This document shows, piece by piece, positions 1 through 837 of a stretch of DNA of 837 nt (position 1 is its first letter; the number at the start of each line of letters is the position of its first letter). Under the pieces are notes generated by a model that made no database searches, was not told the origin of the DNA, and saw only the letters and a program-made list of their open reading frames with translations. The position numbers and the translations under genes are program-made. The DNA comes from Escherichia coli (GTDB lineage Bacteria > Pseudomonadota > Gammaproteobacteria > Enterobacterales > Enterobacteriaceae), in assembly GCF_003334335.1 (NCBI RefSeq), contig NZ_QOWQ01000148.1; one strand, 5' to 3'.

Positions 1-381
1 CTGAACGCCGGTGATACGGCCACGGATACCACGGTAAATGGCGGACTGTTCACCGCCAGGGGCGGCACACTGGCGGGCACCACCACGCTGAATAACGGCG
101 CCATACTTACCCTTTCCGGGAAGACGGTGAACAACGATACCCTGACCATCCGTGAAGGCGATGCACTCCTGCAGGGAGGCTCTCTCACCGGTAACGGCAG
201 CGTGGAAAAATCAGGAAGTGGCACACTCACTGTCAGCAACACCACACTCACCCAGAAAGCCGTCAACCTGAATGAAGGCACGCTGACGCTGAACGACAGT
301 ACCGTCACCACGGATGTCATTGCTCAGCGCGGTACAGCCCTGAAGCTGACCGGCAGCACTGTGCTGAACGGTGCCATTGAC
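1..381 (+). other. flu: C-terminal rungs of the passenger-domain (alpha43) beta-helix
   Basis: Repeated short beta-strand-like motifs with alternating hydrophobic residues (xLxLxx, TLTV, TLTL) separated by Gly/Asn turns. The in-frame hexanucleotide ctgaac (Leu-Asn) recurs five times, at nt 1, 289, 364, 538 and 646; the first four are followed by g, and the last two lie beyond this sub-feature. Domain assignment follows the established Ag43 architecture. Confidence 0.7.
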
Positions 382-837
382 CCCACGAATGTCACTCTCG
401 CCTCCGGTGCCACCTGGAATATCCCTGATAACGCCACGGTGCAGTCGGTGGTGGATGACCTCAGCCATGCCGGACAGATTCATTTCACCTCCACCCGCAC
501 AGGGAAGTTCGTACCGGCAACCCTGAAAGTGAAAAACCTGAACGGGCAGAATGGCACCATCAGCCTGCGTGTACGCCCGGATATGGCACAGAACAATGCT
601 GACAGACTGGTCATTGACGGTGGCAGGGCAACCGGAAAAACCATCCTGAACCTGGTGAACGCCGGCAACAGTGCGTCGGGGCTGGCGACCAGCGGTAAGG
701 GTATTCAGGTGGTGGAAGCCATTAACGGTGCCACCACGGAGGAAGGGGCCTTTGTCCAGGGGAATAAGCTGCAGGCCGGTGCCTTTAACTACTCCCTCAA
801 CCGGGACAGTGATGAGAGCTGGTATCTGCGCAGTGAA
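1..837 (+). CDS. flu: Internal fragment (5' and 3' ends outside the window) of a self-associating autotransporter adhesin of the Antigen 43 family; covers the C-terminal passenger beta-helix, the alpha/beta junction and the autochaperone region
   Basis: Frame 1 is open across all 279 codons, whereas the other frames are interrupted. The composition is rich in Thr/Gly/Asn/Leu/Ser/Ala with short repeated motifs typical of a beta-helical passenger domain (TLAGTTTLNNGAILTLSG, TLTVSNTTLTQKAVNLNEGTLTLNDSTV). The C-terminal stretch HFTSTRTGKFVPATLKVKNLNGQNGTISLRVRPDMAQNNADRLVIDGGRATGKTILNLVNAGNSASGLATSGKGIQVVEAINGATTEEGAFVQGN.LQAGAFNYSLNRDSDESWYLRSE matches my recollection of E. coli K-12 Flu (Ag43) around residues 425-703. 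Identity is from memory, not from a search. Confidence 0.88.
   Translation, partial: MNAGDTATDTTVNGGLFTARGGTLAGTTTLNNGAILTLSGKTVNNDTLTIREGDALLQGGSLTGNGSVEKSGSGTLTVSNTTLTQKAVNLNEGTLTLNDSTVTTDVIAQRGTALKLTGSTVLNGAIDPTNVTLASGATWNIPDNATVQSVVDDLSHAGQIHFTSTRTGKFVPATLKVKNLNGQNGTISLRVRPDMAQNNADRLVIDGGRATGKTILNLVNAGNSASGLATSGKGIQVVEAINGATTEEGAFVQGNKLQAGAFNYSLNRDSDESWYLRSE
379..384 (+). other. flu: Asp-Pro dipeptide (GAC CCC), candidate alpha43/beta43 processing site
   Basis: Codons 127-128 of the window encode D-P within ...VLNGAID|PTNVTLASGATWNIPDN.... Ag43 is reported to be processed between Asp551 and Pro552, and the window position is consistent with that numbering if window codon 1 is about residue 425. 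Exact residue numbers are from memory. Confidence 0.5.
382..837 (+). other. flu: N-terminal part of beta43: autochaperone/junction region preceding the outer-membrane beta-barrel translocator
   Basis: This is the sequence downstream of the Asp-Pro site and before the expected beta-barrel. It is less regular than the upstream rungs and contains charged segments (RVRPDMAQNNADRLVIDGG, NRDSDESWYLRSE), consistent with the autochaperone segment found in AIDA-I-type autotransporters. The barrel itself would lie beyond the 3' end of the window. Confidence 0.6.

Noticed and set aside
211-483. Minus-strand 90-aa ORF (MNLSGMAEVIHHRLHRGV...) from the six-frame track, with a GGAGG Shine-Dalgarno-like sequence 4 nt upstream of its ATG
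   Set aside because: It lies entirely antisense to an uninterrupted, recognisable autotransporter reading frame. Its Gly/Arg/Val-rich translation is what the antisense of a Thr/Gly/Asn/Ala-rich gene produces, and it shows no recognisable domain. The SD-like GGAGG is simply the complement of sense-strand Thr-Ser-Thr codons (acc tcc acc).
619-642. Walker A / P-loop-like motif GGRATGKT (GxxxxGK[ST]) in the sense-frame protein
   Set aside because: The protein is a secreted/surface autotransporter region with a beta-helix/autochaperone context and no surrounding Walker B or NTPase fold features. A short pattern like this is expected by chance in Gly/Thr-rich sequence.
480-668. Minus-strand 62-aa ORF (MPAFTRFRMVFPVALPP...) whose stop overlaps the start of the 90-aa ORF in an ATGA arrangement at nt 480-483
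   Set aside because: Same reasoning: it is a short antisense ORF inside a clearly coding sense frame with no independent support. The ATGA stop/start overlap that mimics translational coupling is coincidental, arising from the sense-strand sequence tcat.
1-837. Possible CRISPR array or tandem DNA repeat suggested by recurring ctgaac motifs
   Set aside because: The repeats are short, degenerate, in frame and irregularly spaced, and they encode Leu-Asn rung motifs of a beta-helix. There are no direct repeats of 25-40 bp with unique spacers.
1-837. Looked for an RGD integrin-binding motif and for GATC Dam sites (the phase-variation switch)
   Set aside because: No RGD is present in the window translation (only REGD at codons 51-54), and I saw no GATC on a manual scan. 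The known RGD motifs and the regulatory GATC/OxyR sites of agn43 would lie upstream, outside this window.

Overview
The whole 837-bp window is an internal fragment of a single + strand gene: frame 1 (nt 1..837) is open for all 279 codons with no start or stop, so the gene is truncated at both ends. The translation (LNAGDTATDTTVNGGLFTARGGTLAGTTTLNNGAILTLSGK ... GKTILNLVNAGNSASGLATSGKGIQVVEAINGATTEEGAFVQGNKLQAGAFNYSLNRDSDESWYLRSE) is a Thr/Gly/Asn/Leu/Ser-rich beta-helical repeat protein that I recognise as the Antigen 43 (Ag43, flu/agn43) family of self-associating type Va autotransporter adhesins of Escherichia coli. The window covers the C-terminal rungs of the passenger (alpha43) domain, an Asp-Pro dipeptide that I recall as the Ag43 alpha/beta processing site, and the autochaperone/junction region preceding the beta-barrel. 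The two minus-strand ORFs in the supplied track are antisense artefacts of this gene. I find no evidence of an undescribed system here; the observations below are modest and concern the structure, processing and likely horizontal origin of a well-known gene. All identifications are from reading the sequence and from memory, with no database search run.
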